Below, piece by piece: positions 19,961-29,268 of a DNA stretch of 64,000 nt. The stretch spans positions 10,012 to 74,011 of the forward strand of contig JBHLRZ010000012.1 of the NCBI GenBank assembly GCA_048882045.1, given 5' to 3'. The notes below the pieces were generated by a model. That model searched no databases. It was not told the origin of the DNA and was given only the letters and a program-made list of their open reading frames with translations. The translations under genes were made by a program, and so were the position numbers. Numbering within the stretch: the stretch's first letter is position 1; each line of letters begins with the position of its first letter. The DNA is from Candidatus Thorarchaeota archaeon. GTDB lineage: Archaea; Asgardarchaeota; Thorarchaeia; Thorarchaeales; Thorarchaeaceae.

Positions 19961-19966
19961 TTATAA
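19961..19966 (+). promoter_or_regulatory. TATA box of tRNA-Val
   Basis: TTATAA about 30 nt upstream of the tRNA 5' end. Confidence 0.6.
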
Positions 19967-19994
19967 CCGATAGACCCCCTCAAGTTCAATGCAT

Positions 19995-20131
19995 GGGCCG
20001 GTGGTCTAGCCCGGTTATGATTTGGTCAAGTTTCTTGACCATCTAATACACGTCGCCTTCACAAATAGAGTTCCTTGGACCTCTATGGGATTCGGCGAAT
20101 ATCATGAGTTCAAATCTCGTCCGGCCCACCA
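19995..20131 (+). tRNA. trnV: tRNA-Val(CAC) with two introns (D-arm 23/24 at 20020-20049; canonical 37/38 at 20064-20092) and encoded CCA
   Basis: Acceptor GGGCCGG/CCGGCCC, A73, CCA; anticodon stem TCGCC/GGCGA with loop TT-CAC-A|C; T arm ATGAG-TTCAAAT-CTCGT; both introns form hairpins with BHB-like junctions. Confidence 0.92.
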
Positions 20132-20229
20132 CTTCTTCAAGAAACATGAGTGGTTGTTCAAGAATATTCAAACCCAGAAAATCCAATGAGATATATAGGG
20201 TAATTGATAATATCCTTTCGGGGATTGTA

Positions 20230-22074
20230 TTGGTCAAAAGGGCTTTTTCAATAATACTCATAGCTATCCTTGTAATTCTTGCTTTCAATCAAGAGGCTGT
20301 ATCTCCAAGTAACACAGAAATCAATACCATACAGTGCTTTGAGATTACAGGATATACAAGTCATGCCACGATATCAATTCAGAATAACGATGACTTTGAC
20401 TCACAGGGATGGCCGGGCAATGGCACCTCAGATGATCCTTACATTATCTCCGGATTGAATATCACTTCTGATGATCGATGTATTGTCATAACAAACACAG
20501 ATGTCTATTATAGAATTGAGAACTGCTATATCTCATCTTTAGGGGCGAGGAATCAGCTGGGCATATATCTCCTCAATGCTCCATTCGGAACTGTAGATAA
20601 TTGTAAGATAAACTCACATGAAGAAGGAATTCGTGTCCAAGATTCTCATCACTGCAATGTTACTAACAATATCCTCTACTACAATCTCTACAATGGAATC
20701 TTCCTTTCAGTAGCGGACTATGCTATCGTGGAGAACAACACTTGCTACGATAACGACCAAGGGATTATCTTGAATAATTCGGTTCAAGGCGTTTTAAGAG
20801 ATAACAATGTAACATTGAATAGAAATGGCCTTACAATATATAGTTCAGAAAATTCGCACGCTTATAACAACTCAGCAGTTGCTAATTCAGCACGAGGGTT
20901 TTCTTTGGCTTTTTCTGAATTTTGTACATTACAAGCAAACAATGCAACAAGCAACATAGAAGATGGATTCTATGTCCGTATTTCTGATAGTTGCAATCTT
21001 ACAGACAATTATGCGAGAGATAATGACGAAGGATATGAATTACAAGAATCATCAAATATTCGGCTAGAATCAAATCAGGCGAAGGAAAATTCTGGAACAG
21101 GAATTGCCTTGGATGATTCTCACAACTGTCTGTTTTTCCAAAATAATTTGTCTCAAAATTCAGGAGCGGGAGTCCAACTTTTTGGCGGTAGTTCCAACAA
21201 TCATCTGGTTCTGAACAGGATTGAAGTAAATTCTCTAGGCAATGGTTTTGACTACGTTGGCACAAATCATTGGGATGATGGAGTAGAGTTTGGCAACTAC
21301 TGGGGTGATTACGACGGAAGTGGTGTGTACAATCTCGATGGAACCGGTAACGCAGACGATAACTATCCATTTTCTTGTGGAGTAGTCCCGTTTCTTAATC
21401 ATCCAAGAGATATCACAATTGAACTTGGTTCAGTAGGAAGCACAGTCACATGGAGCGCAAACGATGTCGACCAAGCCACTTACAAGATATTTCAAAATAC
21501 AACTCAGAAAATCTCCGAAGTGTGGGATGAGCCTTTCATTAGTGTAAGCCTGAATGGGTTGAACGTTTCCACCTACAATTTCACAATAGTAGTGACTGAT
21601 ACTCTAGATAATTCTGCACTTGATACAGTCTATGTTGAAGTTGTAGACACTACTTCTCCAGATGTTGATAGTCCTGTGGACATTGTATTTGAAGAAGGAA
21701 CACCCGAGCAATTCATCATTTGGACTCCCTTTGATTTCGATCCGGATTCATACACAATACACAGAGATGGTATGTTGCTCATATCAGAAAGTTGGAATGG
21801 CTCTCAAGTAACAGTTAACATCACAGGATTGTCTGTGGGATCCTACACCTATGTGTTGAATCTGTATGATGGTAGTGGAAATTCAGAAACAGACACTGTG
21901 ATTGTTTCAGTAATTGAGCCTGTCACGACGGCTACAACAATCACATCAACCACAACAACATCTCCACTCACAGCTCCCATTCCTCTCGATGCCACAACTT
22001 TGGTAGTAATTGCTTTGGGGATTGGAGTAGGGGTTATAGTCCTGGCTGTAGTTCTGATGAAGAAGAAATCATAG
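20230..22074 (+). CDS. Membrane-anchored surface protein with parallel beta-helix (NosD/CASH) and Ig-like domains
   Basis: Signal peptide from TTG 20230, GWPGNGT..DPYIISGL, repeated N..GI.L..S..N coils, GNYWGDY.G, Thr-rich linker, C-terminal TM then KKKS. Confidence 0.85.
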   Translation: MVKRAFSIILIAILVILAFNQEAVSPSNTEINTIQCFEITGYTSHATISIQNNDDFDSQGWPGNGTSDDPYIISGLNITSDDRCIVITNTDVYYRIENCYISSLGARNQLGIYLLNAPFGTVDNCKINSHEEGIRVQDSHHCNVTNNILYYNLYNGIFLSVADYAIVENNTCYDNDQGIILNNSVQGVLRDNNVTLNRNGLTIYSSENSHAYNNSAVANSARGFSLAFSEFCTLQANNATSNIEDGFYVRISDSCNLTDNYARDNDEGYELQESSNIRLESNQAKENSGTGIALDDSHNCLFFQNNLSQNSGAGVQLFGGSSNNHLVLNRIEVNSLGNGFDYVGTNHWDDGVEFGNYWGDYDGSGVYNLDGTGNADDNYPFSCGVVPFLNHPRDITIELGSVGSTVTWSANDVDQATYKIFQNTTQKISEVWDEPFISVSLNGLNVSTYNFTIVVTDTLDNSALDTVYVEVVDTTSPDVDSPVDIVFEEGTPEQFIIWTPFDFDPDSYTIHRDGMLLISESWNGSQVTVNITGLSVGSYTYVLNLYDGSGNSETDTVIVSVIEPVTTATTITSTTTTSPLTAPIPLDATTLVVIALGIGVGVIVLAVVLMKKKS

Positions 22075-22222
22075 GGTCAAGATTTCATTCATACCAATCA
22101 TCTAGTGCATCTTCATCGAATAGCTACACTTCGTCCTCGACGAATTCAACAGTGATTTGATTTCCAACCGCTGAACCTGGCGTGAGTACAGTGATTCCAT
22201 GTTGATTTCCAGAAAACAGAGA

Positions 22223-22381
22223 TTACTTCTTTGAACGTCTCTTTGGTCTGAGGTCCTTGTTCTTGCATTTTCTGCACTTCTTTGCCTTAAGTGGATTAGT
22301 TGCTCCACAGTACCGGCAAATGGACTTGTACAGCAGATAGTGCTGTGCTAGCCTACGTTTTTCGATGTCAGCTACTGGCAT
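22223..22381 (-). CDS. rpl40e: 50S ribosomal protein L40e (missing from ORF track)
   Basis: Manual translation MPVADIEKRRLAQHYLLYKSICRYCGATNPLKAKKCRKCKNKDLRPKRRSKK; CxxC...CRKC zinc ribbon. Confidence 0.95.
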   Translation of the reverse strand: MPVADIEKRRLAQHYLLYKSICRYCGATNPLKAKKCRKCKNKDLRPKRRSKK

Positions 22382-22484
22382 CTTATGAACCTCATTTCAT
22401 TGATGGCGAACAGAGTGGACTCTAGTTAGCCCGCTCGGCTTTCCAGCCGGGTTGTGTTTTAAAAGCTTGTGCTCTTTCCACAAA

Positions 22485-23354
22485 TCAGAGTGCTTCTTTC
22501 AAGAGTCTAGCCACATCACTCGGTCTGTCAGCCACTGCGATTCCAGCATCGTTGAGTGCCTTTATCTTTGCTGCGGCAGTCCCCGAACTCCCGCTGATGA
22601 TTGCACCAGCATGACCCATACGTTTCCCTGGAGGTGCAGTCCGACCAGCGATGAATCCTACGACTGGAAGGTCGTATTCCTTCTTGATATATGCTGCAGC
22701 CCGCTCCTCTGCGTCGCCGCCAATCTCGCCGACCAAGACCAATGCTTTTGTGTCCTTGTCAGCTTTGAATAGTTCCACTGCCTCAATTGTGGTCAGACCT
22801 ACACACGGGTCTCCTCCAAGACCGATTGCTGTTGATATCCCAATACCTGCATTTGTCATTCCTGCAGCAATCTCATAGGTGAGAGTACCACTTCTGGACA
22901 TCAGACCTACATCGCCGTGTGAGAAGACATGACCAGGCATGATTCCAACCTTCTGTTTTACTCCGGGTGTGATGATTCCTGGTGTGTTTGGTCCAATCAC
23001 TGTGATTCCCTTGTCTTTTGCAGCATGTATCACACGAATTTCATCCTTCACTGGGACATGTTCTGTGATTATCACTACTGGATTGAGGTCTGCTGCAATT
23101 GCCTCCAGGGCTGCATCCCCTGCAAAAGGCGCTGGGACGAATATAATCGAGGCATTTGCTTCTGTGGCTTTTTTAGCCCCACGTACACTATCAAAGACTG
23201 GTATTCCATTGACCTCTTCTCCAGACTTTCCGGGAGTGACTCCTGCAACTATCTTAGTACCATAATCTAGCATGGCTGCTGAATGGAATGTTCCCTGTCC
23301 ACCAGTAATACCCTGTACTATGACCTTGGTGTCTTTGTTAACGAGAACCGCCAT
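22485..23354 (-). CDS. sucD: Succinyl-CoA synthetase alpha subunit
   Basis: VIVQGITG, GVTPGK, GPNTPG, SRSGTLTYE, GEIGG, phospho-His MGHAGA. Confidence 0.97.
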   Translation of the reverse strand: MAVLVNKDTKVIVQGITGGQGTFHSAAMLDYGTKIVAGVTPGKSGEEVNGIPVFDSVRGAKKATEANASIIFVPAPFAGDAALEAIAADLNPVVIITEHVPVKDEIRVIHAAKDKGITVIGPNTPGIITPGVKQKVGIMPGHVFSHGDVGLMSRSGTLTYEIAAGMTNAGIGISTAIGLGGDPCVGLTTIEAVELFKADKDTKALVLVGEIGGDAEERAAAYIKKEYDLPVVGFIAGRTAPPGKRMGHAGAIISGSSGTAAAKIKALNDAGIAVADRPSDVARLLKEAL

Positions 23355-24500
23355 TTAGGCAACCTCCTTTACTAATTCGACCACTTTGTGGGCTGCTTCT
23401 TCCATCGTCTTGAGAAAGGGTATTCCTGCTTTGTTCAGAATCTTTTGCCCCTCTTCTTCATTGGTGCCTACCATTCGAATGACCATTGGTGCTGTAATGT
23501 CACCATCGTTCCTAGCAGCCAGAATGCCTTTTGCGACTTCATCACAACGAGTGATTCCTCCCATGATGTTGACCAATATCGCTTTCACTTTTGGATACAT
23601 CAGTGCAATCTCAATCCCTTTTTCCACTCTTTCTGCATCGGCACCACCACCTAGGTCCAGGAAAGTGCTGGCTTTTCCTCCGTAGAGTGAAACTGCATCC
23701 AGTGTAGCCATTGTCAGACCTGCTCCGTTGCAGATACAGGCGATGTTTCCATCTAGTTCTACATACGCCATGTCATGGTCTGTGGCCAGTTTCTCGCGTT
23801 CGTTCTGCTCCACAGGTTCGCGTTTCAGTTTCTCGATGATGGCTTTGTGTCTGAACAACGAGTTATCATCGATGTTCAGTCGAGCATCAGCGGCAAAGAA
23901 CTGACCATCCTTTGTGAGAATCAATGGATTGATCTCTGTAAGCTCGACATCGTAAGCTTCTACAATTTGCCAGAGCTTAAGGAAGAAGCTACCAAGCATG
24001 TTGATCTGCTTGCCTTTGAATCCCATTGCAATAGCCATCTGTCTCGCCTCGAAGGGCTGGAAACCCAGATTTGGATCAACGTGCATCTTGATGATTTTCT
24101 CAGGACTCTCTTCTGCTAGCTCCTCGATTGACATTCCACCGGCAGCACTACCTATCACGACGTACTTTCGTTCGTTCCTGTCAATTGTGATTCCAGCATA
24201 GATTTCCTGCTCTATGTCGAGTTTCTCTTCAATCAGGACTGCGTCAACAGGGAGATCATTGATTCGCATCTTCAGTATCTCTTCAGCAGCCTTCTCGGCT
24301 TCCTGAGGTGTATCTGCAAACTTGACACCACCTGCTTTTCCTCTCTTTCCAGCAAGGACCATCGCCTTGACTACTACGGGCTTGCCTACCTCAGTAGCTC
24401 GTTCCTTCGCCTCTTTTGGAGTCTTAGCAAAACCACCTGGAGGGGTTGGCATCTTGAAGGCACGGAAAATGTCCTTTGCCTCATGTTCAAACAACTTCAT
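23355..24500 (-). CDS. sucC: Succinyl-CoA synthetase beta subunit
   Basis: MKLFEHEAK, RGKAGGV, EINPL, NGAGL.MAT.D, FLDLGGGA, GGITRCDEVA, GTNEEEG. Confidence 0.97.
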   Translation of the reverse strand: MKLFEHEAKDIFRAFKMPTPPGGFAKTPKEAKERATEVGKPVVVKAMVLAGKRGKAGGVKFADTPQEAEKAAEEILKMRINDLPVDAVLIEEKLDIEQEIYAGITIDRNERKYVVIGSAAGGMSIEELAEESPEKIIKMHVDPNLGFQPFEARQMAIAMGFKGKQINMLGSFFLKLWQIVEAYDVELTEINPLILTKDGQFFAADARLNIDDNSLFRHKAIIEKLKREPVEQNEREKLATDHDMAYVELDGNIACICNGAGLTMATLDAVSLYGGKASTFLDLGGGADAERVEKGIEIALMYPKVKAILVNIMGGITRCDEVAKGILAARNDGDITAPMVIRMVGTNEEEGQKILNKAGIPFLKTMEEAAHKVVELVKEVA

Positions 24501-24549
24501 GGACTTCACCCTGGGGCTAGGCGGCCTCAAGTCTACTCACGTAAAAATG

Positions 24550-26736
24550 TTACCTCATGGCCTCCAACAACATCACCAAATTGTCTTGGAGCTTCATACT
24601 CTCTTTTCTTGCTACGTGTTTCGTGCTCAATAGTTTGAGAAGTATCGAATTGATGTACTCAAACTCTTCAAGGCAGTTTTCAATGATTCCTGGCATATCA
24701 TCTTCGCAGACAATCTCCTCAATGGTCTTTGCAGGCAATCTGTCCAGAACCCTATTTACAACTTCACTTGGAAGTGTCATTCGTGCCAAAATCACACTCT
24801 TGAGGATTTTCTTCAGGTCACTCTTTTCATCACTTATAGCTTTCATCACTTTCTTAGCGTCTTTCACTGGTACACCAAGAACTGCGACACTCTTACCTTG
24901 CTCTGTACAGCGTGTGATATCATTGTCACGAATGATAAGACTATCATTCTCGAGGTCGTCGTAGACTTCTAGTCCCCGTAAGGCCTGAAGAATTACCCCT
25001 GCAGCATATGGTTTAGAGCTCTCATCATCCATCGCAAATCGGGCGAATTTGATAAGATGTTTGCAAAGTCTGTGTCTTTTAATTCCCTGATACTTCCATG
25101 ACTCGCAAGAACATGAAACACCATCCTTTGAACGAAGAGTAGTATAGTGCCAAATTTCTCTACTGCCGCTATGAACGAGGCCTTCGATTTTGTCCGGTCT
25201 TACAGTCACAATCTTAACACTTGAATCAGGAATATTCTTCGCTCTATCTAAAGTGGATCTTGTGGAACGTGAAGCAAGGCGGCTGTCAACAGCAACATCG
25301 TCCTGAGTTTCAATCTGACTGAGGTCTGTCACGCGACTCTCACTTCCCCAGAGAGTGCGCTCAATGATTGAGAATGGATCCTCATCAGTTTCACCACAGA
25401 GTTGTCTGAGAACCAAATCCTGAACATTCTCGGTTTCGTCCATGACACTATCCACTTCTCCTGGAAGAGGCATAATATCGCCCTTAGAGTCAGTTTCGAA
25501 ATATTTAGCCAACACTCTGGTCTTCTCATTCTCACTATCAACGACCACTATGCCAAAAGCTTCATTGTCAATCCGTCTCCGTCCTGCTGCCTCCAAGACA
25601 TCACTGAGCTGCCACTCAGATAGCATGATGACAGCATCCTCTTGAGATATCTCGGTCCCAAATTTTTGCATGAACACTCCCATCAGGAATACAACCGTCG
25701 CTCTTAGACCGCTAGCGATTGCGAAGCGGGTTGGCATGACAATGACCGGTATTATCCTATCCTCCCAAGCTGTGGAAATGATCCTCCGCTGTGACAATCC
25801 AACACCTTCGTGGAAGAATGCAACTCCCCTGGAAATCGTACTCGCCAAGTTTTTGGTTGTTCCACATTTTGGATACTTCTCTCTCAAGTCCTCCATTAGA
25901 TCGATGAGGTCATCCTTCTGCTCAGGTGGGAGTTGCAGGTCAAGAGTAGCAGTACTATTTTTGATACCTGCCAGCTCCAAAGCCAGCTCTTCGGATGTGC
26001 TGATATTTGCACAGAGAATCATCACCTGTCCCTGACGATATTGCACGAACTGAGTCAGGTCTGCTATCGACTCTCTCGAATCTTCGACAGCCTTCACGCT
26101 GAAAATGAGTTTCACGTCAGTCTTTGGGTCTTCTACAACCACCGCGCTTAACCAACTACTGAGTTCACCTATGTCCTCTAGAGGTGGGCAGATTGCTACA
26201 TATTGTATTTTGGGTCTTCCCAACAAAGTCACGAGAACTGTTTCAAGACTTGCTCCAATTCGTGGTTGCCCGATTAGGTCTAGTCGGTCAATGAGAACAT
26301 AAACAATATCATTCAGTATATCTGGATTGACTCGAGTAGCTATGTCAAAGGAGGTGTAGGTTGTAACGATTACTCTCCCATCTACTTTGTCCTTAGTTGC
26401 CACTCTTCTTCTGATAATCTGAGAGGTCTCAATCCCCAAACGAGTACATTTGTGACTGAGAGATTGGAAGCGTTTTTCTGCCTGATAGGGATTTGGGCAG
26501 AGAACGACTGCTCTGGCTCGATGATCTGAAGCCACACGGTTGAGCAGGGCGATTTCCGCAACAAGATATGCTTCATTGTAGTCATATGTTGCTAAGATCT
26601 GACTTTTCCCTCTCATGATCCTCTGGTCCACTGCAAGAGACTGGAACTTGGTGAGTGATGTAAGTCCCTGTCTTCTTAACACCTCCAACAAACGGGGGGC
26701 CACCTGTTGGAGTTCCAGTTCCTTGAGAGTGCTCAA
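24550..26736 (-). CDS. Degenerate Hel308/Ski2-like helicase paralog with SWIM zinc finger
   Basis: Hel308-like scaffold (RGVAFFHEG, AGR..ID.EAFG) but no GKT/DExH; CSC...CKH SWIM motif at 25057-25113. Confidence 0.7.
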   Translation of the reverse strand: MSTLKELELQQVAPRLLEVLRRQGLTSLTKFQSLAVDQRIMRGKSQILATYDYNEAYLVAEIALLNRVASDHRARAVVLCPNPYQAEKRFQSLSHKCTRLGIETSQIIRRRVATKDKVDGRVIVTTYTSFDIATRVNPDILNDIVYVLIDRLDLIGQPRIGASLETVLVTLLGRPKIQYVAICPPLEDIGELSSWLSAVVVEDPKTDVKLIFSVKAVEDSRESIADLTQFVQYRQGQVMILCANISTSEELALELAGIKNSTATLDLQLPPEQKDDLIDLMEDLREKYPKCGTTKNLASTISRGVAFFHEGVGLSQRRIISTAWEDRIIPVIVMPTRFAIASGLRATVVFLMGVFMQKFGTEISQEDAVIMLSEWQLSDVLEAAGRRRIDNEAFGIVVVDSENEKTRVLAKYFETDSKGDIMPLPGEVDSVMDETENVQDLVLRQLCGETDEDPFSIIERTLWGSESRVTDLSQIETQDDVAVDSRLASRSTRSTLDRAKNIPDSSVKIVTVRPDKIEGLVHSGSREIWHYTTLRSKDGVSCSCESWKYQGIKRHRLCKHLIKFARFAMDDESSKPYAAGVILQALRGLEVYDDLENDSLIIRDNDITRCTEQGKSVAVLGVPVKDAKKVMKAISDEKSDLKKILKSVILARMTLPSEVVNRVLDRLPAKTIEEIVCEDDMPGIIENCLEEFEYINSILLKLLSTKHVARKESMKLQDNLVMLLEAMR

Positions 26737-26974
26737 ATAGTCCCACTCCGTCTTTCAAATGCGCATATGATACTATGAGGTTATAACATATTATCCTATT
26801 AGTTTTGCGCGCGCCTGGGCATAATTCCGTCAGACCTGTCCAAAAAAGAATAACAAATCGAGTGTGTATCAATCTTACTTAGACACATATAAAGCCTCAA
26901 AAGCAACCACCGAATTTCCATTCATTCAGCTGTGACAGTCTAAGGATTCTTAGACCTACACACTTGAGGCGTGT

Positions 26975-27721
26975 ATGATAATGGCTTTCGTAGCTACCAC
27001 TGATTCATCTTTCAAAATCATTCTAAAGAAGGATTTCAAGGTCAAACCAGGATCAACATTCATCTGTGGTTTCCATGGTCTTGGTGAGGTAGGATTCTTG
27101 AGCACAGCTCACCTCACAAGAACTCTGGAAGCAGAACGAGTCGGTTTCATCAAGAGCGACATGCTCCCACTTTTCGTATCCATGGAGAATGAGAAGCTAG
27201 TATTACCATTTGAGATCTACTCTTATGAACCAAAGAAAATGGTATTCTTGGTTCCTCGTTTTCAACCACATCAGTCCGAACAGTGGGGATTCATAGATCG
27301 TCTTGCAGCTTGGGTTGCTGAGAATAAATTTGCAGAAACTCTTCTTCTTGGTGGTCTGGATGCCAGCTTCAAGGAGGATGGTGAGGACATGCGGAGTGTA
27401 CCAACCAGCGCTTATGGGAAACTGCTTGAGAAATGGAATGTTCCGCTCTTGGAGGAGGGTCTCTTTGTTGCTGGTCCCTTAGCACTCTTCTTGGCTGAAC
27501 TTGAGATGCATGATGCACCTGCTGTTGGTCTCCTTACCTATGCGACCCGAGGAAGACCCGATCCTCGTTCTGCAGCCACAATGCTTGAGAAGATCAATGA
27601 GGTCTATGGTGTCGGTGCCAACGTGGAGCAACTACTTGAGGAGTCAAGGGAGATTGAGAGGCTTGAGAAGATGCGTAAGTCGATTGAGTCCTCTGATCGT
27701 TCGAGCGACATGTTCGTCTAA
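26975..27721 (+). CDS. PAC2-family proteasome assembly chaperone-like protein
   Basis: GFHGLGEVG.L...HL, LLLGG, PDPRSAA, L.EES.EIE. Confidence 0.85.
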   Translation: MIMAFVATTDSSFKIILKKDFKVKPGSTFICGFHGLGEVGFLSTAHLTRTLEAERVGFIKSDMLPLFVSMENEKLVLPFEIYSYEPKKMVFLVPRFQPHQSEQWGFIDRLAAWVAENKFAETLLLGGLDASFKEDGEDMRSVPTSAYGKLLEKWNVPLLEEGLFVAGPLALFLAELEMHDAPAVGLLTYATRGRPDPRSAATMLEKINEVYGVGANVEQLLEESREIERLEKMRKSIESSDRSSDMFV

Positions 27722-28260
27722 CCAAGACGTCTGATGAACCATCCGATATCCACGAGGTTCTTCGCTACAAGTTTCTCCTTTCCTAGGCGTTTCAGTCTGT
27801 TCCCATCTATGGAAAGTGAGGCAAGTCCTAGACATTCGCGATTTTCATTCAGAACAAGGACTCTCTGACCTCTCTTCAACTCTGGATTCAATTCCAAAAC
27901 TGACTCCTTGAGAATGCTTCTCCCATAAGTGAACGCTTCTGCAGCATGTTTGGTCACTATAATGGTCTTGTCAGTCAGTTCCTTGAGTTCGTCAAGAATC
28001 TGTAGACTTAACCTGAGTTTCCCCTTAGAAATTGAACCGAGCTCTTTTCCGATGAACTGAATGTCTAGCCTTTCTCCTTCTTCAGTTGCATGGCTCATCC
28101 ACTCTGTCGGAATCAGGAATATTGTTTCGTTTTTTCCTTTTTTCAAGACTGCTGGTACACGATTTCCAAGTAGACTCTTGGTCACTCCTTCTCCATACTC
28201 TTCATCAATCCGCTCTGTTAAAGAAGTCCAATCAATTGGATCGACCAATGAAAGAGTCAT
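27718..28260 (-). CDS. NIP7-like PUA-domain ribosome biogenesis protein
   Basis: AEAFTYGRSILKESV, VLVLNE..ECLG, KNLVDIGWFIR; adjacent to NOP2/RsmB. Confidence 0.8.
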   Translation of the reverse strand: MTLSLVDPIDWTSLTERIDEEYGEGVTKSLLGNRVPAVLKKGKNETIFLIPTEWMSHATEEGERLDIQFIGKELGSISKGKLRLSLQILDELKELTDKTIIVTKHAAEAFTYGRSILKESVLELNPELKRGQRVLVLNENRECLGLASLSIDGNRLKRLGKEKLVAKNLVDIGWFIRRLG

Positions 28261-29255
28261 GTCGCCTCACTCTCCTTCTTCCTCAATTTGCAAATGAAGA
28301 AACCCTCAGTCCCATGTAGATGAGGAAGGAAGCGTCTCGCATGCCTTAGGGACTCGTTCAGTCTGATTCCATAAGGCTCTGAATATCCCGGAACTCCGAA
28401 GTCGAATGGTATCTCAACAATCTCCATCTCTGGATATCTCTTCAGAATATCATCCACAACGTACTCGTTCTCTTCAGGTGCAATAGAACATGTTGAGTAA
28501 ACTATTGTTCCACCCTCCGAAAGTATGTTTATCGCTGAATCCAACATTTCATCCTCTCTGGTAGCACAAAAGCGAATGTCAGCCATGGTCTTACTGGTCT
28601 TTCTTGTTGGGTCCAGAGGTATGAGCCCTTCCCCTGAACAGGGGGCATCAAGAAGGATCTTGTCTGGTTCATATCCAATTTTGTCAAGCTTTCTTGCATC
28701 CCCTCTAATGACTAGTGAATTGGTCACTCCACATCGGATGATGTTACTCTTGAGACTGGACATCCTGATCCGGTCCTGTTCTACTGCAATGACCATTCCC
28801 ATGTTCTGCATCATTTGACCTATGTGGGTCGTCTTTCCTCCAGGTGCAGCAGCCAAATCTATGACTGTTTCTCCAGGCTGCGGATCCAAAACAATAACCG
28901 CAGTCATCGAGGGAACACCCTGCACGTAGTAAAAGCCCAACATATGTTCCAACATCGCCCCTGGAGATGAACCTTCAAAGTCAGCAAAAAAGCCATTCTC
29001 GAGCCAAGGAATCTCATCGATGACAACTGATTTCTCTCTCAGACGTTCTTGCACCAGTTCGTTTGTCGCCTTGAGCGTATTCACCCTAAAGGAGGACCTG
29101 ATTGGATTCTCACAAGCTTCTAAAAACTGGAGGGTTTCCTCCTCTCCCCAGAGTGTGAGATAGCGTTCAATCATGTACTGGAGATATCCGAACTCTTTTG
29201 CCAAGTCCTTAGCCCTTGCTCGTATCTCCTTCTTTGCCAATTCCTCTCTCTCCAA
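28257..29255 (-). CDS. RsmB/NOP2-family RNA m5C methyltransferase
   Basis: RVNTLK, DLAAAPGGKT, ILLDAPCSGEG, VYSTCSI.PEENE, TEGFFI. Confidence 0.93.
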   Translation of the reverse strand: MEREELAKKEIRARAKDLAKEFGYLQYMIERYLTLWGEEETLQFLEACENPIRSSFRVNTLKATNELVQERLREKSVVIDEIPWLENGFFADFEGSSPGAMLEHMLGFYYVQGVPSMTAVIVLDPQPGETVIDLAAAPGGKTTHIGQMMQNMGMVIAVEQDRIRMSSLKSNIIRCGVTNSLVIRGDARKLDKIGYEPDKILLDAPCSGEGLIPLDPTRKTSKTMADIRFCATREDEMLDSAINILSEGGTIVYSTCSIAPEENEYVVDDILKRYPEMEIVEIPFDFGVPGYSEPYGIRLNESLRHARRFLPHLHGTEGFFICKLRKKESEAT

Positions 29256-29268
29256 TTCTAACTTTCAG

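Noticed and set aside
19744-19994. A complete second tRNA on the minus strand
   Set aside because: No acceptor 5' strand, D-arm or anticodon arm could be built; only a weak ATCAGCAG resemblance to ATCATGAG
20104-20229. Upstream extension of the beta-helix protein
   Set aside because: Overlaps the tRNA T-arm; the signal peptide begins at TTG 20230
22102-22308. 68-aa minus-strand ORF in the track
   Set aside because: Overlaps rpl40e out of frame; no features
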